A stretch of 64,000 nt of DNA from Utricularia gibba (lineage: Eukaryota; Plantae; Magnoliophyta): NCBI GenBank assembly GCA_002189035.1, contig CM007990.1:5084001-5148000 (forward strand), in the 5' to 3' direction. Of the stretch, positions 51,558 to 64,000 are shown in pieces (positions within the stretch are counted from its first letter, which is position 1; each line of letters begins with the position of its first letter). Made by a program: the position numbers and the translations under genes. The notes under the pieces are model-generated. The model was not told where the DNA came from, searched no databases, and worked only from the letters and a program-made list of their open reading frames with translations.

Positions 51558-52768
51558 ATGTAAGTACGGAACAAGCAATGGGAGCTGTGTTCTTCTTCCT
51601 TTTGTGGGTTGTTGCAAGCCGCATTGCGTTCACATGTTGTGTTTTCCAGGAGATCGGAGGAAAACCCATTGGACCTCAACAACCTGCCTGAGGATTGCAC
51701 CAGAGATGGAAAACAGACATCTGAGGACACTTCTTCCTCTCCTGGTACGATCTACATAACATCTTCTTGTTCTTATTGGGATGAAACCCCAGAAGAAGTG
51801 CGGAATATTGATTGGCTGCAGTGGAAGTTTTAGGGTTTTTGTTTGTTTATTCAGTGAAGGGATTAGTCTCATCAAAGTTGCTTTAATTGGCATTGGTTGC
51901 AGAGGTGTACAGAAAAAAGAAAAGCGGCGCTAGGGAAGAAAAGGATGAGGCCTCTAAGGTCTATGAGTGCAGGTTTTGTTCCCTAAAGTTCTGCAAATCT
52001 CAAGCACTCGGAGGACACATGAATCGCCATCGCCAAGGTACGAGCATCCCATCAAATCTCATGCCATATCATGATTCGTATCTTCTTTTTCTGATATTCA
52101 TTACATCAATCTTAAAGCAGTCGAATTCAGCATCTTTCTTTTGTTGTGGTTATAACAGAGAGGGAAACGGAGACTCTCAACAAAGCTAGACAACTCGTCT
52201 TCACGAATGATCTCGCTCCAACCCATTTGGGTTATGTTTCGAAGTACATTTGTTCTTTATCTTCCCACAAACGTTTTTCATTAAATGTTTTACAAGCTGA
52301 GAACGTCTGGGGTTTCGTTATTTCAGCGGCAGAGCTGGGCAGCCGATTATTCAACAAGGCGGCGGCGGTGGTGACGGTGTAGTCGGACAGCCGATTATCC
52401 GACAAGGGGGGTATTCTTCAGCTACTGATCCGCCGATGACGTTCAGATCATTCTACCCGACAACGAGATTATTCCCCGCAGCATCGAGGCTTGTCCCTGC
52501 ACAAACGCCTCCGCCAACTCAGGCACCACCGCCGCCGTTTATCTACACTTCTTCTCAGCGTCTGATCCCGCAGTTCCCTCCTCCCGCTACAGCAGCGAAC
52601 GATTATTTATTGGGACATGTGCTGAGTAACCCCACCTTCGCAGCGACGTCGACAGATGGGAGCTATGCCTGCATCGGAGCTCCGGTAGGGCACAACTTCG
52701 CCAACGGCGGCGGTGGCAGTTTTATAGATTTAGCACTGCATAGCCAGAAGAGTTGGGGCCGGAGATAG
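51558..52768 (+). CDS. JAG: JAGGED-like C2H2 zinc finger transcription factor
   Basis: M|RSEENPLDLNNLPED (EAR-like), KVYECRFCSLKFCKSQALGGHMNRHRQ|ERETETLNKARQLVF, Pro-rich region, YACIGAPVG. The start codon forms as AT(51558-9)|G(51650). Confidence 0.92.
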
Positions 52769-54512
52769 TGAAGTTATCAACTGTCATTTACTCCTTTTAA
52801 AATTGAAATAACGTTTGGAACTCTAACCCCATTTGTTACATATTCCATTCCCACTTCTGAGAGAGAGAAAAAAAAAACTTTCATGTCGAAAACCACATCA
52901 TTTCTACGTTAAATACAGGGTGAAATTCACCCAGGAAGCTTCATCAGAGGCCTAAGGTAGGATGATGAGTGAATTTCTCCATTTCTTATCTTGTTTTGGA
53001 ACAATGGTAGTAACTGGTGGCATAGACGAGGCACTGTCAAGAAGCCGGCAAGCAGAAAGATAACGAAAATGACAAAAACCTGGATTTCTGAAGGTGAAAA
53101 AATGGAGCGGGGATGTGCAGAAGCGAAGAAGAAGGGTCGGTCCCCTTTACAACCTCGACATCTCACACTCAGACATCTGAATTCCTGCACCCCGAGTTTT
53201 GTCTTTCCTTGTCGGATTCCGCTCTTCCCTCCCTTCAAACGTAGGTAGTCATGCTTTCTCGTGCACGAAGCTTGAATGAAGAAAAAAAAAAGCAAATATT
53301 CTGTAGGGGTAGCCATGCCTGACCCTATCCTTCGTCTTTCTCTCTGTTTCATACATATTAAAGTTGAGGATGAGCTGGAATTCGTGCTCGATTCTTCAGA
53401 GATCTCCCTTGTTTTCTTCCCGCATTTCAGTGCCCTAATCATGGAAAAACCAAAACCCTGCCCGGCCTGGCCTGCACACTCACAAAATCAATGCGTCACC
53501 CTTTTCTGAAATCCGCAGCGTATATTCAATTCCGATCTCGATCTAGTTCCCGCTCAGATCCTGTCGCGCCGGACAATTTTGTTAATGAACCTCACCAGTC
53601 CCTTGAATGCACTTACTCAGTTGACACACTTTTCGATCACTGTAGCAAAATATGAAGCCACGAGATCACTTCATCATTATCATTTATGAACCCTAATTGG
53701 GTGGCGCTTACTCTGCTGTGCCATCCCATGTGAGTCAACTCGATCCACGAAAACTTTATCCAGGAGCAGGGCCACCATGCATGATCGGGTCGAGGCAGGG
53801 GGCTCTTGGGACCGCACAGTGGGAGGAATCATCGTCTTCTTACAATGCATCTCCTTTGTTTTCTGTAAAAAGAAAAAGGGCAGTGTAATGAATTAGTGAG
53901 CATGTTATTTTCATGAACTAACTCCATGTATTGCAAGGAATCATAAAATATAATAGATGTAATTATTGATTGTTGGTGTAGGGTTGGGCATTCGCCATCA
54001 CCACCAGACTGGAAAGACGAAAAAGAAGAAAATGTCTGCAGATAGAACCAGAAACCCTCTCTCTCGCTTCAACAGGAGGACCACGTAACCTTTCCCACAC
54101 TGTGTCTTCAAGTCTCCATCTCTGTGTCTGATGTGAATTGTCTCTGACTCTTGTATCATCATAGCGCACACACACATGCCGCACCTTTATTAGAAAATAC
54201 CAACACAGATTTATTTACACCGCCCAGAGATGGACTGCAGATCCCGAGGCCTGATCGTCGAAAACTACAACACTTGTATTTTAATTTACTTGCTTTCCAA
54301 CAAACGAAAGCATGGCAATAATAATACAAGGATGGGTATGTTGGTTCTTTTCTTCAGTTTGATGGGTCTGTTCTATTTAGAAGAAGGCTACGGCATGTGT
54401 CAGTCGGTGTACAAAATTTTAGAGTGGGCTGCGCAGGCTTAGGGACAACTACAAGGCCGGCGTGGTGAAGTGTGTGCATCTTCTCCAGGCTGGTTTGATG
54501 AGACAATTGATT

Positions 54513-54526
54513 GGGGGGGGGGGGGG
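54513..54526 (+). repeat. G14 homopolymer
   Basis: 14 consecutive G seen directly in the JAG-VQ intergenic region. Confidence 0.9.
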
Positions 54527-55268
54527 CTGGCACCTCTTCTGCTCTGCTCTGTACATTTTTTTTTACAGCCTTTTGGCCACACTTCAAATGGCGGTCTGTT
54601 TTTTTGGATGGCTATGCGAGGTCATTCTCTTTGCAATTGGGATTCGCAGGAAATGAATGAGAGAAAATCTACATTCAAAAGGATACACAGAGGGAAGAAG
54701 CATCTGTATCAAACATCTAGGCTGCATGTACAGTAGCATGAAACCCCCTTTTCAAAGACATGATCTACTGAATCAATGAATGAAGTGTGATCGTAGCACT
54801 GCATTCCCCATGGTGAACGCAGGGTTAAGGATTTGGGCCATTGTTCTCAGTTCCCACCTCAAAAATTGATTCTTGGGGCAGCCAACACGAGTTCAGACCC
54901 AAGATTTGGTGCCCATGTATACAGGGCTCTATGCCTGGAAGATATTGGAAAACTGCAGAATCTCCTGGGAAGGAGATGAAACGAAAGTACGTTGTAGGTT
55001 CCAAAATATACGCAACAAACATGCAAAGATATGGGAAAACAGTACATTCTATCGTATCTTTGTCCCCAGGATAAGAGTTCGATAAAGAAATATTGTACAT
55101 AAGTGGATCTGCATTCGCCTCTCTGTGATATATTAATTGTCATATATTGCATCTTTTTACGCTTTATATATATCGTGTGTGTTGGGCAGCACACTCCCAT
55201 CACTGATGCTTCTTCTTAGCTCATCCCTCTCCTAGTTTTAGTGTAGCTTCCAGGAGGAGGAGAAAAAT

Positions 55269-55814
55269 ATGAGCCCGTCAAAGTTCCACCAGGACGATGA
55301 TGTGACGACGGCGGGCAGCATAAACAGCACACGTCATCATCTATCGCTACGGATCAACAAGGAGTCCCACGCCATACAGAAGCAGCCATGGACGGAGCAG
55401 AGCCCACACGCGGGGAAGCATCATCCCTCGAAGCGGCAACCGGTGATCATCTACACCCACACGCCGAAGGTCATTCACACCCAGGCCCGCGATTTCATGG
55501 CCATCGTGCAGAAGCTGACGGGCATGTCGCGATCGGAGGACGAGACGGCCGTGAAATCGGAGGGCTCCGAAATGACTGACAAGAACGTAGCAGCATCGGA
55601 TGAAAACGAGGATTCCTCTGTCGTGACGGACGATAAGCTGATCTGCAGCGGAGAGATTTACCAGGATTCTTATGCCATTTCATCGATTTACAACAACATG
55701 CCTGATCCCTGTCTGATCGACGCTCCCCTCTTCGTCCCCAACATCAATGACTATCATCATCATCTCTATTCCTCCAGCTTCATGGGTGGACAGGGCGGGT
55801 ACTCTGATTACTGA
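55269..55814 (+). CDS. VQ-motif protein (181 aa, intronless)
   Basis: LRINKESHAI..PVIIYTHTPKVIHTQARDFMAIVQKLTG contains the FxxxVQxLTG motif. Confidence 0.92.
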   Translation: MSPSKFHQDDDVTTAGSINSTRHHLSLRINKESHAIQKQPWTEQSPHAGKHHPSKRQPVIIYTHTPKVIHTQARDFMAIVQKLTGMSRSEDETAVKSEGSEMTDKNVAASDENEDSSVVTDDKLICSGEIYQDSYAISSIYNNMPDPCLIDAPLFVPNINDYHHHLYSSSFMGGQGGYSDY

Positions 55815-58088
55815 TACCGAGACCGCCATTAACGAACATGGAAGCTCGAAGGTATAAATAACTTCTCAGCCATCTTCCCTGCCTGGGGGGAGGCCAAGCT
55901 TCGATGCAGTCCTCCGGTGTGCCTGCCGTGGAATAAATTTCGCTCTGTTACTGCAACCCAACCCTTCGGATTGCTTTGCTCCCGATTGTACGGATCTTCT
56001 TGTTGCCAGACGGATCTTCGGATCTTATTGCATGCATGGATTCATGTTTTTTTGAACTACAGAAAAACGGACTTTTAACAGTGTACGGGGAGCCGCAGGA
56101 TTCGTTCCGTTGAGATTGTTGTAACAATTTAAATCTTTAATATAATTATTGCTATATATATTTAAAAATTATAAATTAATTATACGATTTTTTAGATATA
56201 GCATTAAAATATTACATCAAACACATGTTACAAATAATATTTAATTTTAATTAAATTATATTTTAATAATCAGGCCCAGAGCAATAAAATCCCTGAGGAG
56301 TATTGGACCTTGTGGGCCCGAGACCGTTATTCGTCCACCGTGATGAGGCACGCAGCCACGGGCCCAAATTCAAAACATACAGAAAAGGACATTTTTCATT
56401 ATTATTGTTATTTGAAAAATTCTATTATTTTCTAGCATCAATTAGTCAAGATTTGTAGTTCTTATTGAAATTAAAAATTTGATGTGTCAGACCAAGCAAA
56501 TATTAAAAAAGATTATTTTTAATTAATTATTATTAATCTTTAATATTTTACATATTTGATTATTTTGATTTTAAATCTCGATTTGAAATTATTTGTTCTA
56601 ATAGTTCTAATTGATATTTGAGATGCAATATTAATGTAAGAAATGGTGATTCATTTTGTAAAAAGTACAATTCATTTCAAAAAGTTGTGTTATTTGAATT
56701 ACTTGAAAAAAAATACAATTTATGAACTACCATCTAATATAAGTGGATAGTTAGCTTATTAAATATTATAGAAATTTATACATGATAAATATTATTCAAA
56801 TTTTATAATAATAATTAGATATATCTAAATATTCTTATTTTTAAAATAAAAAAGTTATGAATTACATCTCAGGGTGGCTCCACCACCCCACAAAAAGACC
56901 CAATTCCCCTTTCCTTTTTCATTCCTAGATTCAAAAAAAAAAAGGTTATGTTATGTATTTGAAAATTTGGAGGTTGGTTGGTGTGACGAAGAGCGGTCCC
57001 CAGGTTGATGCACAGGCTTGAGATTTTTGCTAGTGTCGGCCGGCAAAAGGAGGCATATCTTCTTGGTTCGTGCATCCAATAAAGCAGCTGCATTGAGAAG
57101 GTATGGGAGGATGTTTGGTGTTCACAGTCTCCACATCAACCGGCCCCTCAAAGCACTTCCTGGCTGTTGATTCAATTTGGTAAGGAAGGTATGTTTCTTT
57201 CTATCTGTTTCTCCTTCACAACTTTAAGTGTCTTTTCCTTTTTTTTTTTGCTGTTCATTTGGTGCAAATCTTGCAGCTTTCTCGCTTTCATCTACAGTTT
57301 TCCTTGTTCCCACAAGAACGTAATCCTAATCCCACTATTGACTGCAAACAACAGAAAAGGAGCCCCTTTTGATGTGTGATCTGAAATGGGCTTGACTCAT
57401 CCCTAGTTGATATTTAGTGCCATCCAAGATGCTAACACCAGACCTTTTGAACCTCCCCTGGTAGATACTTAACTGGTTTTTACTGTTTTTTCGTTGAAAA
57501 AAGGGATTTTTTGAGGCACTATTTTGAAGTGATATGAGAGTGTTGTTTTTGGAGCATTTGGATTCTAATGAATGCAAATGCTGGGATGTCATTCTGAACC
57601 AGTGCTGGTCATCTTCTTTTTCTGTCTGTAACTTCCGAGATGGTTTATGCATCAGGATGCTACTTCTAGCTCAGAAAGCAAACCTTACACCTTTTCTTTT
57701 ACCTGCGAGGACTTCCCATTCATGCAGGCAACTCCATCTGTAGCACTTTTAATCTTGAAACTGCCATTGAATTGGTATCACAAGTAAAATGACAAGGGGC
57801 TGTTGCAAAATTGGTGTGATCATATCAAATACACCCTGTATTTATCCATGTCTTTTTCACAGTAGACCATAAATGGTGTGTAGAATGTAAATGGCCGTAC
57901 GGGATTGAACATAGCTTGGAGATACAACAACTCAAGAAAGCTCATACGAGTGCAGGCTCTCCTATTCACTTAACTGCTTCCTTACAAACCCACCTTGTGA
58001 TCGAGGCCTGTGTGCCTTCTGTTTTTTTTTCTTTTGTGTGTGTTCTATGTGAGCAATCTTGACGGTTTCTCCCTCGTGCAGCTCCGAT

Positions 58089-58679
58089 TCACGGCGGCGT
58101 TGGGGGCAAGCCAAGCTGGAGATCGAGGGCAATGCCATCATCATGAGAAGTGGGAGGTGGCGCTTTCTTCGGCGCAGCGCCATCGCCTGGTCTTGGGAGT
58201 ATACTCAGGAAAGATGGGCCATCAATTATCATTCCATCATGGGCCTCGGGAGGCCCAACACCCGCCGACGTGGATTCCGCTGCACCGCCGGCGGACGGGA
58301 CAGCCCCACCCCAGCCACGTGACACGTGGAACCCCGGCGCAGCGCGTGGGACGTAAACCCAGGACGGCGAACTCCCGGCAGGGACGACGGCGGGGCCAGC
58401 AGGAGCCTGCACAAGAAGCTGCGACGCGAAAGCAGCGGTGGAGATAGGGTTCCGCATGAAGGAGACAGCCACGTTGCGAGTGGCCTGCAGCTGCGCCCGC
58501 TTCATCTGCTGCCTCTCCTTCTTATGCGCGTTCTGATGGCCACCCAGCGCCTGCGAGTTGGCGAACTCCCTGAAACAGTACTGGCACTCGTACTTCCTCA
58601 CCTTCCCCGCCGCCTCCTCGCAAACATCAAACCCGAAGATCTTAACTCTCCCCGAAACGGCGCCGTTGGCGTCCCCCAT
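58089..58679 (-). CDS. GIS3/ZFP5-like single C2H2 zinc finger (196 aa)
   Basis: [52 protein letters not shown] and C-terminal EAR motif [12 protein letters not shown] at 58679 is preferred over the longer ORF-track start. Confidence 0.9.
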   Translation of the reverse strand: MGDANGAVSGRVKIFGFDVCEEAAGKVRKYECQYCFREFANSQALGGHQNAHKKERQQMKRAQLQATRNVAVSFMRNPISTAAFASQLLVQAPAGPAVVPAGSSPSWVYVPRAAPGFHVSRGWGGAVPSAGGAAESTSAGVGPPEAHDGMIIDGPSFLSILPRPGDGAAPKKAPPPTSHDDGIALDLQLGLPPTPP

Positions 58680-60436
58680 GAACGAAGCGCGCAGCAAGCA
58701 GACGAAGGTGAAGACAGATAGCCGGCCACGGAAATCCCAAAGACAAGAAGGGGAAGCGCAGTGCTTGGGAGGAAGGGACGATGCCGCCCAATGGCGAGGA
58801 TGAAGGTTTTTGACCCAAGCGGGGAGGGGGGATTTCTTATGTGCCTCCATCATTATCATCGAGAAGATAACCATTTGTTGGGAGGGAGCTGGGCATTGGA
58901 TTAGAGCATTATTATTGGTGAATCAAACCAGCAACTAACTAATCATACGACCCAAGTTGTCTGAATAATCGGTACCAGATTCGCATGTGTGTTGCCATCA
59001 TTCCAAGGAAGTTGAGATGTCAAATCCACTATGTTCTTCTCCCATGTAAAGAAAGGCCTCTCTGGTCATGACATTTAAATGATACAAGAGTATAAATAAA
59101 AAATATTTTATTTATATGAAAATATAATTTTTTTAATATTACTTAATAAAGATGAAATTTCGATGCATCGCCCCCGGATTTCCAAATTGTGTACAAGTTC
59201 CAAGAGCATGACACCTCTCGTGGGTGTTTGGCACCTTGTTTTACACGTACTCCTGGTGACCCAATTCCAGTCACTGGATTGTCGGCATTCCCGATGCCGG
59301 CGCCCGCAGCCCCATTTCAGTTCTATCCAACTGATAGTGGGGATGCCGAGGGGTGGGTCGTGCAAACAAAATCCAGAATCAAGTCTGGAATACAGAGAAG
59401 CACCATCTCCATCTCCATCTCCATCTCCGACATGTAAGATGCCTTGTGGGGTTTTGAGTCTAGCAGGTGGGTGACTGTCTGCGTTGCTGGTGTTGCTGTA
59501 ATGGGATGGGATGGGATGGGATGATCATTTTATGGCGCAGAATGAAGGCAGGTGCACTGGCATGGGAAGAACACAAGCACATGGCCGATCTATTCTGGAT
59601 CTGATCTGGCTCTGCTCTAACTGATCATCCCCCATGAACAAAAACGGAGAAACAACACCCAGACTGCATCTACCACAGCAGGAAAAGGGTAATAGGAGAA
59701 TCCCGTATCAAGTTATCCAAGAATGCAGTGGATAAAAGCAAGGGAGTTAGTTGTTCTTCTGCATGTTATCAAAAACAAAAATGGACTTTATTAAAGTAAT
59801 GTGACTAGATGTTCAATACCGTTATCGCCGGAATCTCCCGGATCACTGCTGCACAGTTCCAGGAAATGAAGAGGGATCGATGATAGTGTATGATTGTCAG
59901 GCACTGTAGACCATCTGACAATGACCTTACTTTCGGATAGGGACAGAGCATTCAATAACCTGGACAGCGGCAAGATCAGCACTGCAGTTTATGTTCAAGT
60001 CCGGCATGGATGCGCCCATTTCACTGATCTTCTCACATGTGATTAAGAAGTCAATCACCATGCGTAGTTTAGTTAGTTACATAGAACTGCAGTGGGCCAA
60101 ACAAAGGAACATAGAACAGCTATGATGGTGTCCAAAGGGTGATGAGATATAATTGTTGACACACTATGCATACAACTGAAATTTGACAAAACAAAAAAGA
60201 GGGGCAATACCAGCAAGGAAAAGCTTCAGAGGACCTATTCTACTTCACATCAATCACTTGCTTTATATTTTTATAGAGAACAGAGCAACACTACCATTCA
60301 TCGGAGGGTAGGCAGGTGGGGCAACGCCAATGGCATGAGAGAACGCTACCCACGAGTCCAAAACAATTGGAAAGCCTTGATAGAAGAATCAATGGCATGC
60401 TTTATACCGCAGTTTGGTTCACTGAAAATGCATTGA

Positions 60437-62923
60437 TCATTTGAACCTGAAAGAAAATTTCTTCTTGGATTTGTCTTTTGAATCTGAGCTGCCATCTCCT
60501 GCAGGGCTCTCAGGTTTATGCTCATCGGTGGGGATTCTGCTGCTAGCTCCATTTCCAAAGTACCCACTTCCAGTTTGAAGGGAAACTGATCTTGTAACCG
60601 TGAATGATGAGTGGACACTATCTCGTTGTTTTAGCAGTTCATCAACCTGGTTGAATTTGTGCACGATAAGATTATGAGATCAGGATACGCAAAACTGTTT
60701 TCCATCCACCATGAAATCAAATGCAATAATAAAAACTTTACGCTGCTGGAAGTCGAGCATCCTATGAAAAGTGCCACAAGAAATTGGAAACACGGAAAAA
60801 ATCAAGAATGGGCTTACAGATTTCTTTTCCTGAGCATATCTATTGGTTACTTCTTGGAATCTTTCCAATGCCTGAGATTAGCAGGAAACAGCAGGGCATG
60901 TTAAAAGACAGGTAGTTATACGACATTCCTGCTATGACCTGTCAAACTGGAAAGGATGGAAATGACCTTCCTATATTCTGTTTCAAACTGCCGCAACTCA
61001 CTTCTTTTGCTCAAAATCTGAGCTTCAACTTCTTTAAGCCTACGAGAAGTATCCTCATACGACTCTGCACAAAGGGCCTCAATTGTGTATGAAGCGGCCT
61101 TGAAGAAGTTGTCTCCTGTTTATTCACAAGCAAAGCGTTGCTTACTTTGAGTCACTTCAGGATTTCTCCAGTATTTCAAATATCAATACAAGAGGCGAAC
61201 ATATGCATATCTAACCATAAACAGCAAATACGTGAGTTCCAGCCTTTAATTCTGACACTTCGCAAGGTTGGAACCCTTCTAATTTTTTGAAGAAAGCTGC
61301 TTCTGGATCTTTGGCAATTGCCAACTATGCCATTGAAGAATGTTATTTTAACCAACAACAAATTTGTATGCAATAGGAATGTAACCCAGCCAAAAGAAAA
61401 GAGATATCACTTACAGCATTTACAGTAGAATCCATTTTGTACACTTGGAAATGCAAGAAATACATTCCAGCAGTAGTAACCTTGCCCGACTTCTCACTGT
61501 CTTCCTGCACAGCCAGAAACCAATGCAACGATGTGAGACCCAGCAACTGCTGGCTTTTAGATAAAAATAACAATTCTTTTCAGTAGCTATTACTGAACTT
61601 GTTCGTACTCAATAATAAGGGGGAAAAAAATATGGCCAAAATTCAGTACAAATTAGACATACTCCACCTCTTCCAAAATTGCAAAGACTGTTTACCTGTA
61701 GAGCTAAGCTGTATCCTCCAGTTGTGTCTTGCTCAAACAACAGAAGCTGACCAGTCAATCAGTAGAGTTAGCAGTTAACCAATTTTCAGTAATAGAACAA
61801 ATTGTAATTAAAAATTCAACATTTCACTGTCTTCTATCTTTATGAGAAAGCTACATAATTAAACACAAAGTAACGGATGTGAAGGCAACTGAACTACGGG
61901 AATGACCTTAAATTTGCTTTGAGCAACAGACGTGACTCTGATCACGATCCCAGACTCTGCCTGCGCTGGGCTGATAGTTATGCTGTAAAAGCGAGCAGAT
62001 TGCTTGTCGACCTGATTTGATGACAGAAAAAGAGATGCAAGTGTGAATACGAAAATATAGGATAGAAAACTCAACAACAGAACCCACTATACCCTATCAC
62101 TCAGTGAGGTTCCAAGGGGAAGAGGTCGAACTGTTACTGTTCCATTCAACGCCTCTTCAAGCACATTGGCAGAAACTGTGGTCTTGATTGGAACACCCAG
62201 TTTGCTTCAAAAAAATAAAAAAACATAGAGTCGTATTTTACAGTTAATGATAAAATGAGAAAAATAAATTCTGCAGATAGAGTAAAACCTGAACAAAGCA
62301 GCGAACATGGTATTGACTGTTCCAAGATTTGACAAATCAACTTCCATATCTAGGGACTCAGCATCCAGTGCCTACAAATGAAAAAGGAATAACTTCGACT
62401 TGGAAAGGACAGCAGAAATTCCCAAAAAGTTTTCTATAGGAATTTAGTAGCTTAAAAAAAGACGTCAATAACTTACCTCAAACCCTGAATTATTATACTG
62501 TCTACGCTTTTCGGGGTCTGAAAGAACACTATACGAGTAGGCCACCTCCTGGAAAAGCCCTGAAGCTTCTGGATTATCAGCATTCTTATCCGGGTGGTAC
62601 CTGCCAATGCATAAGATTCAACATAAATCCTTTATGGCGTGTATTCCGTGCGCAGAATTTGGCCAAATGTGAACTGATTTTCAATTAAAAATGAGGAATC
62701 AATGAAAGCCTTTCTACCAACAATAGACATTAAAGTCTAAATACCGGGTACCCAAATGCACAAAAAAAAATTGGCAAGGCAGAGAAAGATGCACTGCAAA
62801 GATAACTCACTTGAGAGCAAGCTTCCTATAAGCTGCCTTAATTTCATTATCAGAAGCGTCCCGAGACACGCCTAGCACTTCATATGGATCCCGCCTCAAA
62901 GGTGGAGCAGATGGACCTTCCAT
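60437..62923 (-). CDS. ARG1: ALTERED RESPONSE TO GRAVITY 1-type DnaJ protein, 11 coding exons, intact
   Basis: [26 protein letters not shown]|YHPDKN (HPD intact), [39 protein letters not shown], coiled coil, ...[13 protein letters not shown]. Confidence 0.95.
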
Positions 62924-63331
62924 TGTTGCACCCACCGTTCTCCTCTTCTCCTCTTAATCGTTTGTAACTCTTTCTCGTCTACAAACCCAACATTTCCTTC
63001 GCTTCACTTCTACTATCCCCTTCAACGTCAACAATCAAGACTAAAGGAAATTTACCAATCCAAATCCTAGTTTAGGAATCACCGCGACGAGTCCCAGCCC
63101 CTAAAAATCTCACAGCAAAAATGATTATTTTTAGATCAAACCTCAAGAAATTCCTACTACCACTACCGAATGGGAAAACACGATGCACCGGATCTATCAA
63201 AAAAGAAAATAGAACGTACATCGTCTTCAACGAAACATCAGCTAAACCATTAAAAAAAAGAAAGAAACGATCCATTTCACAGAATTTCAAACCCCATCGT
63301 TCGAACATTCAAAAATCATACGAACCAAAGC

Positions 63332-63626
63332 TAGGGTTTCAAAGAATCACCTCGGATTGTGTGCTTTGAGCGACGAAGAGAAATTTGAAACGGCGACCTT
63401 TCTTCCTCCCCTTATTCCAGTTTCAAATGAACCCCAGTTGCTGGAAATGAGCAACAAATATTCTTAACTAGGAAGCAAAATGTTTTTTCAATATATATAG
63501 AATGACGAATGCAAACAAAAAAAAACATTTTATTTCGTTTTAACCTAAATTACAATAACTGGATTGGGCTGATTATTATGGGCCTCAAATATCATGAAAC
63601 TTGGGCTTTAGCTTGAGTTGAGCCCG
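63332..63626. promoter_or_regulatory. Telo-box plus site II cluster upstream of ARG1 (possibly bidirectional)
   Basis: TAGGGTTT 63332-63339; TGGGCT 63565, TGGGCC 63579, TGGGCT 63602. Confidence 0.55.
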
Positions 63627-64000
63627 AGCTTTATGCGCTGTCTGGTTCCAGCTCTTTGGGACAGCGGTAAATCTGGACCGTTGATGCGGAAGGCGAGATG
63701 AACGATGGAAGGAGTTCCGCAGCTTGAACTTGTCTTTTTTGATTGCTGATGTTTACATGAAAAAATTATATTATTTATTGCGAGTAGACTTGACCAAAGC
63801 CGTGAAGGCGCAGGCAAATAAGCAGTTGGTTCACTCGCTGAATCCGATGCAATGTCGGGTAGCGCGGGTCTAAGCTATTGGGGCTTTCTTTCGTGGGGTG
63901 AATTGTGAGTAGAGGACATGGGTATATGAGTCGAACGCCGCTGCGCCACTCATCCCTCACCGGAGACTGCGCCCACCGCCGCAGAAAAGGAGCTCCGATA

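Noticed and set aside
52201-52330. Suspected missing G at a JAG splice donor
   Set aside because: An alternative GT donor at 52244 joins in frame to the 52326 acceptor, so no error is required.
53400-55250. Several 60-115 aa ORFs between JAG and VQ
   Set aside because: No IPT, exostosin or other recognisable motifs; most use non-ATG starts.
56990-57900. Candidate pri-miRNA or DUF4050 fragment (MGGCLV..)
   Set aside because: No match to conserved miRNAs I know, no long hairpin, and no downstream DUF4050 motifs.
59400-59524. Short (CATCTC)n and (ATGGG)n repeats
   Set aside because: Only 3-4 units each; ordinary low-complexity promoter sequence.
63918-64000. Possible start of the next gene at the window edge
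   Set aside because: Too short and the frame is ambiguous; cannot be supported.

Overview
Gene-dense nuclear DNA of a flowering plant (eudicot); no prokaryotic, CRISPR, rRNA or tRNA features were seen. I manually spliced 19 complete protein-coding genes, one partial gene at the left edge and one clear pseudogene, about 1 locus per 3 kb, with most introns only about 65-150 nt. That compaction suggests a miniature genome such as Utricularia or Genlisea (inference only). Order: partial gene, SAMDC(-) with tiny and small uORFs, AAPT(+), PERK kinase(+), MIZ1/DUF617(+), PII-2-like LRR(-), CRWN/NMCP pseudogene(-), DCP5(+), CHUP1(+), HHO/NIGT1 GARP(+), PAN-like TGA(+), small unknown(-), PP2A-A(-), At1g13360-like(-), TPD1-like(+), CRF10/11/12-like with conserved uORF(+), At1g68490-like(-), JAGGED(+), VQ(+), GIS3-like(-), ARG1 DnaJ(-). 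From memory this matches an ancestral block represented in Arabidopsis by At3g2557x-2589x, At1g1322x-1356x, At1g6836x-6879x and At1g2547x-2615x. Most notable: a deletion-riddled CRWN nuclear-lamina pseudogene head-to-head with DCP5; a CRF conserved-peptide uORF that overlaps the main ATG; a start codon created by splicing in JAG; a 10-nt obligatory microexon in AAPT; a GC-AG intron in DCP5; and single-base homopolymer frameshifts in PERK and CHUP1 that are probably assembly errors. I found no convincing wholly new biological system.
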